From Escherichia coli (GTDB lineage: Bacteria; Pseudomonadota; Gammaproteobacteria; Enterobacterales; Enterobacteriaceae): a stretch of DNA of 64,000 nucleotides. The DNA lies in the NCBI RefSeq assembly GCF_041248615.1, contig NZ_CP158426.1; one strand, written 5' to 3'. Made by a program: the position numbers and the translations under genes. The notes under the pieces were generated by a model. It searched no databases. It saw only the letters and a program-made list of their open reading frames with translations, and was not told the origin of the DNA. Shown here piece after piece: positions 28,567 through 42,171 of the stretch (positions are counted from its first letter, which is position 1; every line of letters begins with the position of its first letter).

Positions 28567-29241
28567 TTATTTTCCCCACAACCGGCGGGAAAAATCTTCG
28601 ATCTTGCCGCTCAGTCGGCGCTTTTGCATCGTCCGCGTCCAGCTTTTCGATAACCCGGCGGCGGAGAGTAAACGGTGATACTGCTCGTCATCAAACGGCA
28701 TATGCCATGCGATGGCGGCAGCCTCCTGCACGGTCACATCGCTGACACGGGAAACCAACTCCAGCGGCGCATCAGCAGATACCAACCCTGGCGCTATCAC
28801 GCTATACAACCACCCCACTTTACCTGTGTTTTGCATCAACTGCGCTATATCGCTGATATCAAAATGGTAATTGAGTTTATAGCAAGGTGAGCGTGGCTGG
28901 CTGACCTGAATTAATGCCTCTCCCCAGCGGAAAATATCGCCAATATAAACATTACTTTCCGTCAGACCGTCGGTTGAGAGATTTTCGCCAAACGCAGGCG
29001 CAACAAACAACTCCGCCTGTTCCGGAAATTCCCGCGCCCAGTAGAGATAGTGCTCACGAGGATAATGACACAGCGCTCTGTCTGGCCCGCCGTGAACCTT
29101 TTTCTCCGCCTGCTCGTCACCTTCCAGCCCCAGCTCCGTCAGCATCAACTCACCATCAACCTGGATTTTGGCAATTGCGCTGGGTTTGCCTTCGGGATAA
29201 GCCTGAATCTTGCCTGTGTATACATCAACCGGATATCGCAT
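28567..29241 (-). CDS. yiiM: MOSC-domain protein YiiM
   Basis: Start at the ATG giving MRYPVDVYTGKIQAYPEGKPSAIAKIQVDGEL... (224 aa). Confidence 0.9.
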   Translation of the reverse strand: MRYPVDVYTGKIQAYPEGKPSAIAKIQVDGELMLTELGLEGDEQAEKKVHGGPDRALCHYPREHYLYWAREFPEQAELFVAPAFGENLSTDGLTESNVYIGDIFRWGEALIQVSQPRSPCYKLNYHFDISDIAQLMQNTGKVGWLYSVIAPGLVSADAPLELVSRVSDVTVQEAAAIAWHMPFDDEQYHRLLSAAGLSKSWTRTMQKRRLSGKIEDFSRRLWGK

Positions 29242-29390
29242 CTGTTCCCTCTCCACGAGAAATTTCCCCATTAGACCATATTTATTTTATGTCAGGCGTG
29301 CTGTTTTCGCGGTATGTATCCAGGCAGTAGCTCAAATAGAAAACCGGACGAACGTTAGTTCATCCGGCTGTGGGGATTAAGGAAGCAGGT

Positions 29391-30374
29391 TTATTTTACC
29401 GTGCTTAAAATTTCGATTTTCGCCACTCTGGCTTTGACTTTACGTGACCAGATAGAGGTAAGAATTGGCACCAGAATCGAAGTCACAATGACCGCCGTCG
29501 CAACCAGCGAAGTTGCTGCCGGAGCCATCGGTTTAAACGCAGGCACCATTTCAGCAATCAGCACAGGTGTCGCTACCGCGGCCCCTGCGGAACTGGAAGC
29601 GGCAATTCCGGCAGTGCCATCGCCACCGCCAATCAATTTATCAGCGATAATCAACGGAATACCGGTCACGATAATTACTGCCACACCCAACAGGATCCCC
29701 AGCAAACCTGTCTGGGCAATTACAGTCAAATCAATGGTATTGCCCAGTGCGAAGGCAAAGAACGGAATCAGCGTTTGCACCGCTTTGCTGAAAAATTCTC
29801 GCAATTCAGGATCAAGATTCCCCAGGGCAAAGCCCACCAGGAACGGTAATACTGCGCCGACGAAAACATGCGGTTCAAACGAGGCAATCCCGGCAGTGCC
29901 CAGAATAATCATCGTCATGAGCGGCCCGGACTCCAATGACATCAACACAAATGCCCCAGCTTCTTCTTTTGTGCCGTACTGCTGCATGATGGAAGCGTAA
30001 AGTCCGCCGTTGGTCATATCCATCGCCGCCACCAGCGCCAGCGTTGAAAGTCCGGCAAAGAATCCAACTTCAACACCATGTTCCGGAATAATGCGCGAGG
30101 CAATTGCCGCAACCACCCACGCGACGGCAATTTTTGTTACCACCAGCGTACCGGATTTACGCAATACCGTTCCCGTCGCGCTTAATTTTATTGACGCCCC
30201 CATGCAAAAAAACCACACCGCCAGAATGGGCACCGTACCGGTAATCATCCCGTTGGTGAATGATCCAAAATATTTCCCCGCCCCCGGCGAGAAGGTGTGG
30301 CACAGTGCGCCAAGGAATAGCGGGACGAGCATCATCCCCCCCGGGATTTTCTCAATCGAGCGTTTTATCTGCAT
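29391..30374 (-). CDS. kdgT: 2-keto-3-deoxygluconate permease
   Basis: Start at the ATG giving [31 protein letters not shown]... (327 aa), polytopic membrane protein. Confidence 0.93.
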   Translation of the reverse strand: MQIKRSIEKIPGGMMLVPLFLGALCHTFSPGAGKYFGSFTNGMITGTVPILAVWFFCMGASIKLSATGTVLRKSGTLVVTKIAVAWVVAAIASRIIPEHGVEVGFFAGLSTLALVAAMDMTNGGLYASIMQQYGTKEEAGAFVLMSLESGPLMTMIILGTAGIASFEPHVFVGAVLPFLVGFALGNLDPELREFFSKAVQTLIPFFAFALGNTIDLTVIAQTGLLGILLGVAVIIVTGIPLIIADKLIGGGDGTAGIAASSSAGAAVATPVLIAEMVPAFKPMAPAATSLVATAVIVTSILVPILTSIWSRKVKARVAKIEILSTVK

Positions 30375-30550
30375 TTCCATCACCTGTCGGCATATTTTTA
30401 AGGGCTGATGCGTAATTCCTCAATGGAGCATCAGTGTTGATGGAAACGAAGATAGACATTCATTTAATCAATAAAAGTGATCAAAACCACATCAATTGAA
30501 ACACTGTTTTATTTTTATCGGATCATTGTTTTTATTTTGAAATTGATCAC

Positions 30551-30586
30551 AAAAAAACCACCGCCGTTGGCGATGGTTCATTTTTT
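30551..30586 (-). terminator. Rho-independent terminator downstream of sodA
   Basis: CCACCGCCGTTGGCGATGG hairpin flanked by an A-run and a T-run. Confidence 0.7.
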
Positions 30587-30633
30587 AAGCTGATATGCGG
30601 CGTAAACGCCTCATTGCAGCAGGCGGCAAATGA

Positions 30634-31254
30634 TTATTTTTTCGCCGCGAAACGTGCCGCTGCTTCGTCCCAGTTCACCACGTTCCAGAACTCTTTGATG
30701 TAGTCCGGACGGCGGTTCTGGAATTTCAGGTAGTAAGCATGTTCCCACACATCCAGGCCCAGAATCGGGAAGCCGGAAGCGCCAGAAATAGCTTCACCCA
30801 TCAGCGGGGAGTCCTGGTTAGCAGTAGAAACCACCGCCAGTTTATCGCCTTTCAGCACCAGCCATGCCCAGCCGGAACCAAAGCGGGAAGCTGCCGCTTT
30901 CTCAAATTCTGCTTTGAAGTTATCAACGGAGCCGAAGTCACGTTCGATAGCCGCTTTCAGGTCACCCTGTAAGGTGGTGCCTTTTTTCAGACCTTTCCAG
31001 AACAGGCTGTGGTTAGCGTGACCGCCAGCGTTGTTGCGCAGTACGGTTTTCTTGTCTGCTGGCAGCTGGTCCAGTTTGGTGATCAGCTCTTCAACCGGCA
31101 GGTTGGCAAATTCTGGCAGGCTTTCCAGCGCCGCGTTGGCGTTGTTGACGTAGGTCTGATGGTGTTTGGTGTGGTGGATTTCCATGGTCTGCTTATCGAA
31201 GTGCGGTTCCAGGGCATCGTAAGCATACGGCAGGGATGGCAGGGTATAGCTCAT
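30634..31254 (-). CDS. sodA: Manganese superoxide dismutase
   Basis: Start at the ATG giving [36 protein letters not shown]... (206 aa). Confidence 0.97.
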   Translation of the reverse strand: MSYTLPSLPYAYDALEPHFDKQTMEIHHTKHHQTYVNNANAALESLPEFANLPVEELITKLDQLPADKKTVLRNNAGGHANHSLFWKGLKKGTTLQGDLKAAIERDFGSVDNFKAEFEKAAASRFGSGWAWLVLKGDKLAVVSTANQDSPLMGEAISGASGFPILGLDVWEHAYYLKFQNRRPDYIKEFWNVVNWDEAAARFAAKK

Positions 31255-31538
31255 ATTCATCTCCAGTATTGTCGGGCGGCCGATTGTTAATGCCGCGTAA
31301 GCAGTTGGTTCATTATAGTTAATTAAATGATATTGAAAATGATTATCAATGCCGTACTTTTCGTAAGGGTATGGTTTTGCAGGAAAATGCCCGAGATGTG
31401 AAGCAAATCACCCACTTAATGCCGTGATTGCCAGTAAATCGACAACGGCGGCAACAGGCGAAAGGTTAATCGACAGCACGATTTTTACACTCATCTCGTC
31501 GGAGATGTGACGCGACGAAAAATGATGAGGATAAGAAG

Positions 31539-32573
31539 ATGAGTAACGCGATTACGATGGGGATATTTTGGCATTTGATCGGCGCGGCCAGTGCAGCCTG
31601 TTTTTACGCTCCGTTCAAAAAAGTAAAAAAATGGTCATGGGAAACCATGTGGTCAGTTGGTGGGATTGTTTCGTGGATTATTCTGCCGTGGGCCATCAGC
31701 GCCCTGTTACTACCGAATTTCTGGGCGTATTACAGCTCGTTTAGTCTCTCTACGCTGCTGCCTGTTTTTCTGTTCGGCGCAATGTGGGGGATTGGTAATA
31801 TCAACTACGGCCTGACCATGCGTTATCTCGGCATGTCGATGGGGATTGGTATCGCCATTGGTATCACGTTGATTGTTGGTACGCTGATGACGCCAATTAT
31901 CAACGGCAATTTCGATGTGTTGATCAATACCGAAGGTGGACGCATGACATTGCTCGGCGTTCTGGTGGCGCTGATTGGTGTAGGGATTGTGACTCGCGCC
32001 GGGCAGTTGAAAGAGCGCAAGATGGGCATTAAAGCCGAAGAGTTCAACCTGAAAAAAGGGCTGGTGCTGGCGGTGATGTGCGGCATTTTCTCTGCCGGGA
32101 TGTCCTTTGCGATGAACGCCGCAAAACCGATGCATGAAGCCGCTGCCGCACTGGGCGTCGATCCACTGTATGTCGCTCTGCCAAGCTATGTTGTCATCAT
32201 GGGAGGCGGCGCGATCATCAACCTCGGTTTCTGCTTCATTCGTCTGGCAAAAGTGAAGGATTTGTCGCTAAAAGCCGACTTCTCGCTGGCAAAACCGCTG
32301 ATCATTCACAATGTGTTACTCTCAGCACTGGGCGGGTTGATGTGGTATCTGCAATTCTTTTTCTATGCCTGGGGCCACGCCCGCATTCCGGCGCAGTATG
32401 ACTACATCAGTTGGATGCTGCATATGAGCTTCTATGTATTGTGCGGCGGTATCGTCGGGTTGGTGCTGAAAGAGTGGAACAATGCAGGTCGCCGTCCGGT
32501 AACGGTGTTGAGCCTCGGTTGTGTAGTGATTATTGTCGCCGCTAACATCGTCGGCATCGGCATGGCGAATTAA
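31539..32573 (+). CDS. rhaT: L-rhamnose-proton symporter
   Basis: 344 aa, [29 protein letters not shown]... Confidence 0.95.
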
Positions 32574-33418
32574 TCTTTCTGCGAATTGAGATGACGCCAC
32601 TGGCTGGGCGTCATCCCGGTTTCCCGGGTAAACACCACCGAAAAATAGTTACTATCTTCAAAGCCACATTCGGTTGAAATATCACTGATTAACAGGCGGC
32701 TATGCTGGAGAAGATATTGCGCATGACATACTCTGACCTGCCGCAGATATTGATTGATGGTCATGCCAGTCTGCTGGCGAAATTGCTGACGCAAAACGCG
32801 CTCACTGCACGATGCCTCATCACAAAATTCATCCAGCGCAAAGGGACTTTTCAGGCTGGCCGCCAGCCGGGTAATCAGCTTATCCAGCAACGTTTCGCTG
32901 TATGTTGGCGGCAACGAATCACTGGTGTAACGATGGCGATTCAGCAACATCACCAACTGCCCGAACAGCAACTCAGCCATTTCGTTAGCAAACGGCACAT
33001 GCTGACTACTTTCATGCTCAAGCTGACCGATAATCTGCCGCGCCTGTGCCATCCCCACGCTACCTAAGCGCCAGTGTGGTTGCCCTGCGCTGGCACTAAA
33101 TCCCGGAATCGCCCCCTGCCAGTCAAGATTCAGCTTCAGCCGCTCCGGGCAATAAATAATATTCTGCAAAACCAGATCGTTAACGGAAGCGTAGGAGTGT
33201 TTATCGTCAGCATGAATGTAAAAGAGATCGCCACGGGTAATGCGATAAGGGCGATCGTTGAGTACATGCAGACCATTACCGCGCCAGACAATTACCAGCT
33301 CACAAAAATCATGTGTATGTTCGGCAAAGACATCTTGCGGATAACGATCAGCCACAGCGACTGCCTGCTGGTCGCTGGCAAAAAAATCATCTTTGAGAAG
33401 TTTTAACTGATGCGCCAC
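32570..33418 (-). CDS. rhaR: AraC-family activator RhaR
   Basis: ORF 32570..33529; start set at the GTG giving (M)[30 protein letters not shown]... (282 aa). An upstream ATG at 33508 would give a longer form. C-terminal AraC HTH. Confidence 0.85.
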
Positions 33419-33491
33419 CGTGGCTACCTCGGCCAGAGAACGAAGTTGATTATTCGCAATATGGCGTACAAATACGTTGAGTAGATTCGCG

Positions 33492-34328
33492 TTATTGCAG
33501 AAAGCCATCCCGTCCCTGACGAATATCACGCGGTGACCAGTTAAACTCTCGGCGAAAAAGCGTCGAAAAGTGGTTACTGTCGCTAAATCCGCAGCGATAG
33601 GCGATGTCAGTAACGCTGGCTTCGCTGTGGCGTAGTAGATGTCGGGCTTTCATCAGTCGCAGGCGGTTCAGGTAACGCTGAGGCGTCAGTCCCGTTTGCT
33701 GCTTAAGCTGCCGATGTAGCGTACGCAGCGAAAGAGAAAATAGATCCGCCACGGCATCCCAATTCACCTCATCGGCAAAATGGTCCTCCAGCCAGGCCAG
33801 AAGCAAGTTGAGACGTGATGCGCTGTTTTCCAGGTTCTCCTGCAAACTGCTTTTACGCAGCAAGAGCAATAATTGCATAAACAAGATCTCGCGACTGGCG
33901 GTCGAGGGTAAATCATTTTCCCCTTCCTGCTGTTCCATCTGTGCAACCAGCTGTCGCACCTGCTGCAACACGCTGTGGTTAACGCGCCAGTGAGACGGAT
34001 ACTGCCCATCCTGCTCTTGTGGCAGCAACTGATTCAGCCCGGCGAGAAACTGAAATCGATCCGGCGAGCGATACAGCACATTGGTCAGACACAGATTATC
34101 GGTATGTTCATACAGATGCCGATCATGATCGCGGACGAAACAGACCGTCCCACCGGCGATGGTATAGGGCTGCCCATTAAACACATGAATACCCGTGCCA
34201 TGTTCGACAATCACAATTTCATGAAAATCATGATGATGTTCAGGAAAATCCGCCTGCGGGAGCCGGGGTTCTATCGCCACGGACGCGTTACCAGACGGAA
34301 AAAAATCCACACTATGTAATACGGTCAT
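33492..34328 (-). CDS. rhaS: AraC-family activator RhaS
   Basis: 278 aa, [44 protein letters not shown]... Confidence 0.95.
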   Translation of the reverse strand: MTVLHSVDFFPSGNASVAIEPRLPQADFPEHHHDFHEIVIVEHGTGIHVFNGQPYTIAGGTVCFVRDHDRHLYEHTDNLCLTNVLYRSPDRFQFLAGLNQLLPQEQDGQYPSHWRVNHSVLQQVRQLVAQMEQQEGENDLPSTASREILFMQLLLLLRKSSLQENLENSASRLNLLLAWLEDHFADEVNWDAVADLFSLSLRTLHRQLKQQTGLTPQRYLNRLRLMKARHLLRHSEASVTDIAYRCGFSDSNHFSTLFRREFNWSPRDIRQGRDGFLQ

Positions 34329-37341
<3,013 letters not shown>

Positions 37342-37347
37342 ACACTG

Positions 37348-37380
37348 CCGGATGCGGCGCGAGCGCCTTATTCGGCCTAC
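37348..37380. repeat. REP (palindromic unit) element between rhaA and rhaD
   Basis: GCCGGATGCGGCGCGAGCGCCTTATTCGGCCTAC. Confidence 0.85.
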
Positions 37381-37423
37381 GGGTCGTGCATCCGACAACA
37401 CCGAATTTACAGGAACACAGAAC

Positions 37424-38254
37424 ATGCAAAACATTACCCAGTCCTGGTTTGTCCAGGGAATGATCAAAGCCACCACCGATGCCTGGCTGAAAGGCTGGGA
37501 CGAGCGCAACGGCGGCAACCTGACGCTGCGCCTGGATGACGCCGATATCGCGCTTTATCACGACAACTTCCACCCACAACCGCGCTATATTCCGCTCAGC
37601 CAACCCATGCCTTTACTGGCAAATACGCCGTTTATTGTCACCGGCTCCGGCAAATTCTTCCGTAACGTCCAGCTCGATCCTGCAGCTAACTTAGGCGTCG
37701 TAAAAGTCGACAGCGATGGCGCGGGCTACCATATTCTCTGGGGGTTAACCAACGAAGCCGTCCCCACTTCCGAACTTCCGGCTCACTTCCTTTCCCACTG
37801 CGAGCGCATTAAAGCCACCAACGGTAAAGATCGCGTGATCATGCACTGCCATGCCACCAACCTGATCGCCCTTACCTACGTACTGGAAAACGACACCGCG
37901 GTCTTCACTCGCCAGCTTTGGGAAGGCAGCACCGAGTGTCTGGTAGTGTTCCCGGATGGCGTCGGCATTTTGCCGTGGATGGTGCCCGGCACGGACGAAA
38001 TCGGCCAGGCGACCGCACAGGAAATGCAAAAACATTCGCTGGTGTTGTGGCCCTTCCACGGCGTCTTCGGCAGCGGTCCGACACTGGATGAAACATTCGG
38101 TTTAATCGACACCGCAGAAAAATCAGCACAAGTATTAGTGAAGGTTTATTCGATGGGCGGCATGAAACAGACCATCAGTCGTGAAGAGCTGATAGCGCTC
38201 GGCCAGCGTTTCGGCGTTACACCACTCGCCAGTGCGCTGGCGCTGGCGCTGTAA
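37424..38254 (+). CDS. rhaD: Rhamnulose-1-phosphate aldolase
   Basis: ORF 37334..38254 runs through the REP; ATG at 37424 gives [32 protein letters not shown]... (~274-276 aa). Confidence 0.95.
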   Translation: MQNITQSWFVQGMIKATTDAWLKGWDERNGGNLTLRLDDADIALYHDNFHPQPRYIPLSQPMPLLANTPFIVTGSGKFFRNVQLDPAANLGVVKVDSDGAGYHILWGLTNEAVPTSELPAHFLSHCERIKATNGKDRVIMHCHATNLIALTYVLENDTAVFTRQLWEGSTECLVVFPDGVGILPWMVPGTDEIGQATAQEMQKHSLVLWPFHGVFGSGPTLDETFGLIDTAEKSAQVLVKVYSMGGMKQTISREELIALGQRFGVTPLASALALAL

Positions 38255-38263
38255 GGAGCAAAC

Positions 38264-38578
38264 ATGATCCGCAAAGCCTTTGTCATGCAGGTTAACCCCG
38301 ACGCCCACGAAGAGTATCAGCGTCGGCATAATCCAATCTGGCCGGAACTGGAAGCAGTGTTGAAATCTCACGGTGCGCATAACTACACCATTTACCTCGA
38401 CAAAGCGCGTAATCTGCTGTTTGCCACGGTAGAGATTGAATCTGAAGAACGGTGGAATGCGGTAGCCAGTACTGATGTTTGCCAACGTTGGTGGAAATAT
38501 ATGACCGACGTTATGCCAGCTAACCCGGATAACAGCCCAGTCAGTAGCGAGCTGCAAGAAGTGTTTTACCTGCCTTAA
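38264..38578 (+). CDS. rhaM: L-rhamnose mutarotase
   Basis: 104 aa, [41 protein letters not shown]... Confidence 0.95.
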   Translation: MIRKAFVMQVNPDAHEEYQRRHNPIWPELEAVLKSHGAHNYTIYLDKARNLLFATVEIESEERWNAVASTDVCQRWWKYMTDVMPANPDNSPVSSELQEVFYLP

Positions 38579-38618
38579 TGAGTTGCGGTGCCGGAAAATA
38601 TCCAGCACCGCGACTTCA

Positions 38619-40013
38619 TCAGAAGAAGTATTTAAAGCGAACGCGTGCGCCGTAACGGTCATCAGTATCATCACCGTGTTTTTTATCACCGTCGCTATCC
38701 AGAATGGAGTAATACGTCCCGAGGTAAATATTAAAGTTCTCCATATCCATCACATTAGCGAACTGATAAGACGCATGAATGGTGTGAATGGTGTACGTCC
38801 CTTCATCATCAATCCAGCAGTCGTTATCACAAACTACACCGCTGAATTCATCAATCTTATTGTGCGCGTAGATATAACCCAGCTCGAAACGTTTCCACAG
38901 CGCGTTAATCCCGGCAGTGAAATCTTTCTCATTATTAGCATCTAAATAGGCGGTATTAAGATTAACCACGACACCATTTTCCGGATCCGTTTTCAGGCCA
39001 TTCCAGGTCATGCTCATACCATAGCCGGTACGATCGGACTGATCGACAAAATTACCCTTGCTATCGGTATAACCATAAGCATTATTTACCACGTTCGCTT
39101 CCATCGCTGCGGAAACGGTGAATTCTTCCGTCGGCGACCAGGCAATTACCGGACGCAGATAAGCAACATTTTTCTGCTGCTCCATATCGCGTCCATGATA
39201 ATTACCGTCATTATATAAAGATGTTCCGTCTTCAAGTAACGTGTTTAATTCAAAATACCAGTTATCAAGTTGTTTGCTGACGAGGAAATTACCGCCAGCG
39301 TTAGAGCGCCCGCGGCCCTCTTTCATCATATAGATATAACCGCTGCCATCGTCATAAAGATCGTTCGCAGTATTACCGGAATGTTCAACAAAGGTATCCT
39401 GATTCAGCGGGAACATATCATAGGCTTCGAAACGACCGACTTTGACCTTCCAGTCATTCTCTTTGCCAAAGAAGAATACCGCATCATCGATATTTACTGA
39501 ACCGTGCATGTCCCCCAGCGGTTGTGCGGAGAACCCGGCGAAATAACCATTATCCAGTTTTCGCATACCATCAAAACCTAACAGAATACGACCATTGAGA
39601 TTCCACTGTTCATTAGTGGGATCGCTATTCACATCAGCGTTGGTCATTGCCAGCAAGCCATGATTACTTTCCGCATCCATATTAAATTCTACGTCGCCGT
39701 AGATTTTTAAATCGCCATAACCTGAGAGCAAAAGATTAGGTGAGGTGGCATTTTTCTTTGCAGATTCCGCCGTTGCCTGTCCATTTACCGGCGTATTGCC
39801 CTGAGCGGCCTTAATTTCGCGGATCTCAGCGGCTTGTTGTGTCTGCAACTGTTTAACCTGGCTCTCTGCTTTTGCCGCCCGCATTTCTGCCGCTTCCAGG
39901 CGTTCTTCCAGCAATGCCATGCGTTGTTCCAGCGTTAAATGCTGTGTTTTTGCCATACCGGTACTACATGCCAATAATAAACCGATGGCTAAAGATAATG
40001 TCGATTTTTTCAT
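38619..40013 (-). CDS. Putative outer-membrane beta-barrel porin with N-terminal coiled coil (carbohydrate-porin-like); occupies the position of frvABXR in K-12
   Basis: 464 aa; signal peptide MKKSTLSLAIGLLLACSTGMA, then a heptad coiled coil (LEQRMALLEERLEAAEMRAAKAESQVKQLQTQQ), an aromatic-rich region with alternating hydrophobic pattern, and a C-terminal ...RVRFKYFF ending in Phe, the OMP beta-barrel signature. Preceded by a 350-bp AT-rich region. Confidence 0.7.
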   Translation of the reverse strand: MKKSTLSLAIGLLLACSTGMAKTQHLTLEQRMALLEERLEAAEMRAAKAESQVKQLQTQQAAEIREIKAAQGNTPVNGQATAESAKKNATSPNLLLSGYGDLKIYGDVEFNMDAESNHGLLAMTNADVNSDPTNEQWNLNGRILLGFDGMRKLDNGYFAGFSAQPLGDMHGSVNIDDAVFFFGKENDWKVKVGRFEAYDMFPLNQDTFVEHSGNTANDLYDDGSGYIYMMKEGRGRSNAGGNFLVSKQLDNWYFELNTLLEDGTSLYNDGNYHGRDMEQQKNVAYLRPVIAWSPTEEFTVSAAMEANVVNNAYGYTDSKGNFVDQSDRTGYGMSMTWNGLKTDPENGVVVNLNTAYLDANNEKDFTAGINALWKRFELGYIYAHNKIDEFSGVVCDNDCWIDDEGTYTIHTIHASYQFANVMDMENFNIYLGTYYSILDSDGDKKHGDDTDDRYGARVRFKYFF

Positions 40014-40366
40014 TATTTACGTTCCCTGAAATAAAGGAGGCCCTACGCTTTCCAAAAGGAATACGTATATAGAGAAATATAAAGTGTGCACTTTCGAATT
40101 TTTAATCCAACTTCAGCAGGCCGATGGATAGTATCCCGCCGCATAATATGAGTAAATCCGCTGATTTCCTGGAACGTGAGGAATATAACAATAGTGCCGT
40201 TTTTAACCAAATATCGTAAAAAATATTAGATATAATTCACGCTGACTCATAAGCCACAAATATAAATAACGCTTAAACAAATTATCTGAGACATTTAAAC
40301 ATTCACAACATCATTAAATAATGATACTTTATTCACAAAATTTATCCTTCACTCTGCTTTATATTG

Positions 40367-41095
40367 TCACGACTTCGTGACATATCCGCGCTCATCACAA
40401 ACCCGCCCCGCGATTACAATTGACTGAAATATTTCATCGACCATTTCGTTGTACTCGCGTAACGCTCGCGGAAATGAGTCGTCGACCATCCAGCTTGTGT
40501 TTGCATCCTGAAGTTGCTCTTTATCCCAGTCAGAGTACGGAACTTTATCTCTGACGCGGCGAACATATTTTTTAGCCTCGAGTTGATACTGGTCTGCCGA
40601 ATTAATGAACGAGAAATTCATACCGCCTTTATCCGCTTCTTTGGCCTGCGCCACCAGCGTTTCCAGTTCAGAGACTTTCTTCATTGCCGCATCAACATCA
40701 AACTTCTCTTGCGATATCAGGTTATTAATTTGTTTCGCTGAAATCATGACTGCCAGAGAATAGTAGTGGAATGTTTTCCCTTCTCTTTCTTCAATATTTT
40801 TCAGTTCCGCAAGCTGACGCTTATCATTAATTTCCTGGATCGCCGCATGATAAGATTCGGCTACAGGTTCAAAGGCGTCCAGATTTTTTAAGAATGTCTG
40901 GTGCAGCGTTTTCCCTTTCGCAAACGCATCGTCTTTATAATTTTCCTGGGTGTAATATTTATCCATTTCGTTAATGGTATTACCCAACGCCACGGCAGCA
41001 TCAATATAACTCACCGCCACGCCATCAATAGGTTGCAGCGCAGGCGTTAACGCTACTACACGCGTTTTGTTTATAAATAAAATAATAAAATTCAC
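40367..41095 (-). CDS. yiiG: YiiG-like protein (assigned by synteny downstream of fdhD); possibly shortened relative to K-12
   Basis: 242-aa ORF starting 49 bp after the fdhD stop with no signal peptide or lipobox at this N-terminus. Identity rests on position only; the K-12 protein is remembered as longer. Confidence 0.5.
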   Translation of the reverse strand: MNFIILFINKTRVVALTPALQPIDGVAVSYIDAAVALGNTINEMDKYYTQENYKDDAFAKGKTLHQTFLKNLDAFEPVAESYHAAIQEINDKRQLAELKNIEEREGKTFHYYSLAVMISAKQINNLISQEKFDVDAAMKKVSELETLVAQAKEADKGGMNFSFINSADQYQLEAKKYVRRVRDKVPYSDWDKEQLQDANTSWMVDDSFPRALREYNEMVDEIFQSIVIAGRVCDERGYVTKS

Positions 41096-41101
41096 GAAAT
41101 G

Positions 41102-41140
41102 AATAAGTCCTGCAATTTAATATATATCGCAGGACTTATT
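41102..41140 (-). terminator. Hairpin/terminator immediately downstream of fdhD
   Basis: AATAAGTCCTGC-(15 nt)-GCAGGACTTATT inverted repeat followed on the minus strand by a T-rich tract. Confidence 0.55.
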
Positions 41141-41144
41141 TTAA

Positions 41145-41978
41145 TTAATTGCTCAAACGCTGTGGATGAGTATAAACCGTTGCCCGACCCGGTTTACAAA
41201 AGCCCACCAGCGTCAAATTACAGCGTTCAGCCACTTCTACAGCAAGTGTGGTCGCGGCAGACACCGCAAACAAAATCTCTACGCCACACATCGCCGACTT
41301 TTGCACCATTTCATAGCTGGCACGGCTGGAAACCAGCACCGCACCTTGCTGCCAGCTTTCCCCTTCTTGTGACCGGCGGCCTAACAGTTTGTCCAGCGCC
41401 ACATGGCGACCCACGTCTTCATGCCCGCCGACCAGTTCGCCAGATGGCAACATCCATGCAGCGGCGTGAGTACAACCGGTCAGTTGCCCCACTGGCTGGA
41501 AATCATTAAGATGACGTAATGCATCATCCAGTTTGTTGAGATCAAACGTCTGGGTGAACGGCAGCGGCTGCACCGGTTTTCCGATATCATTAAGTTGCTC
41601 CACGCCGCACACGCCGCAGCCTGTACGCCCGGCCAGCGCCCGGCGACGTTCCTTCAACCCCATAAAGCGGCGGCTGGAAAGCTCAATTTGAACTTCAAGA
41701 CCATTACAGGAAGGAACGACATCCATGCCGAAGATATCGCGCGGACTTTCTATTATCCCCTCGGAAAGCGAAAAACCGAGCGCAAAGTACTCAAGGTCTT
41801 TGGGCGACGCCATCATCACCACATGCGAAATGCCGTTGTAGACCAGCGCAACGGGAACTTCTTCCGCGACCTCATCTAACCGTGGGTGTTGTAAATCATC
41901 ACGCCGCCATAACTCAATTTGACGAACACCTGTGATATTTGTCACATTTTCGATTTCTTTTTGCTGTGTTTTTTTCAC
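41145..41978 (-). CDS. fdhD: Formate dehydrogenase accessory sulfurtransferase FdhD
   Basis: 277 aa, (GTG start) [37 protein letters not shown]... with GCGVCG motif. Confidence 0.94.
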
Positions 41979-42171
41979 TTTCTCTTAACCAGATAAGAAC
42001 ACACACACCAACATTATGGTATTCTGTTACAAACCCTTCCTGGATGGAGGGAAATTGAGCCAATTCTGGACCTTTGCGGCCCCTTCCGCAAAGAAAAATA
42101 ACTCCCACTCCCTGCACACGCAGCAAGCGAATGTAAATGGGACGTGACAATGTCGAAACAAGGAGCAATCC

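Noticed and set aside
33419-33529. Longer RhaR form starting at the track start (33529) or the ATG at 33508
   Set aside because: The GTG at 33418 gives the N-terminus matching the remembered 282-aa K-12 RhaR; the longer form would overlap the rhaS 3' end more extensively. Kept only as an alternative in the feature note.
38135-38689. 184-aa minus-strand ORF
   Set aside because: Overlaps the 3' end of rhaD, all of rhaM and the porin 3' end on the opposite strand; no independent support.
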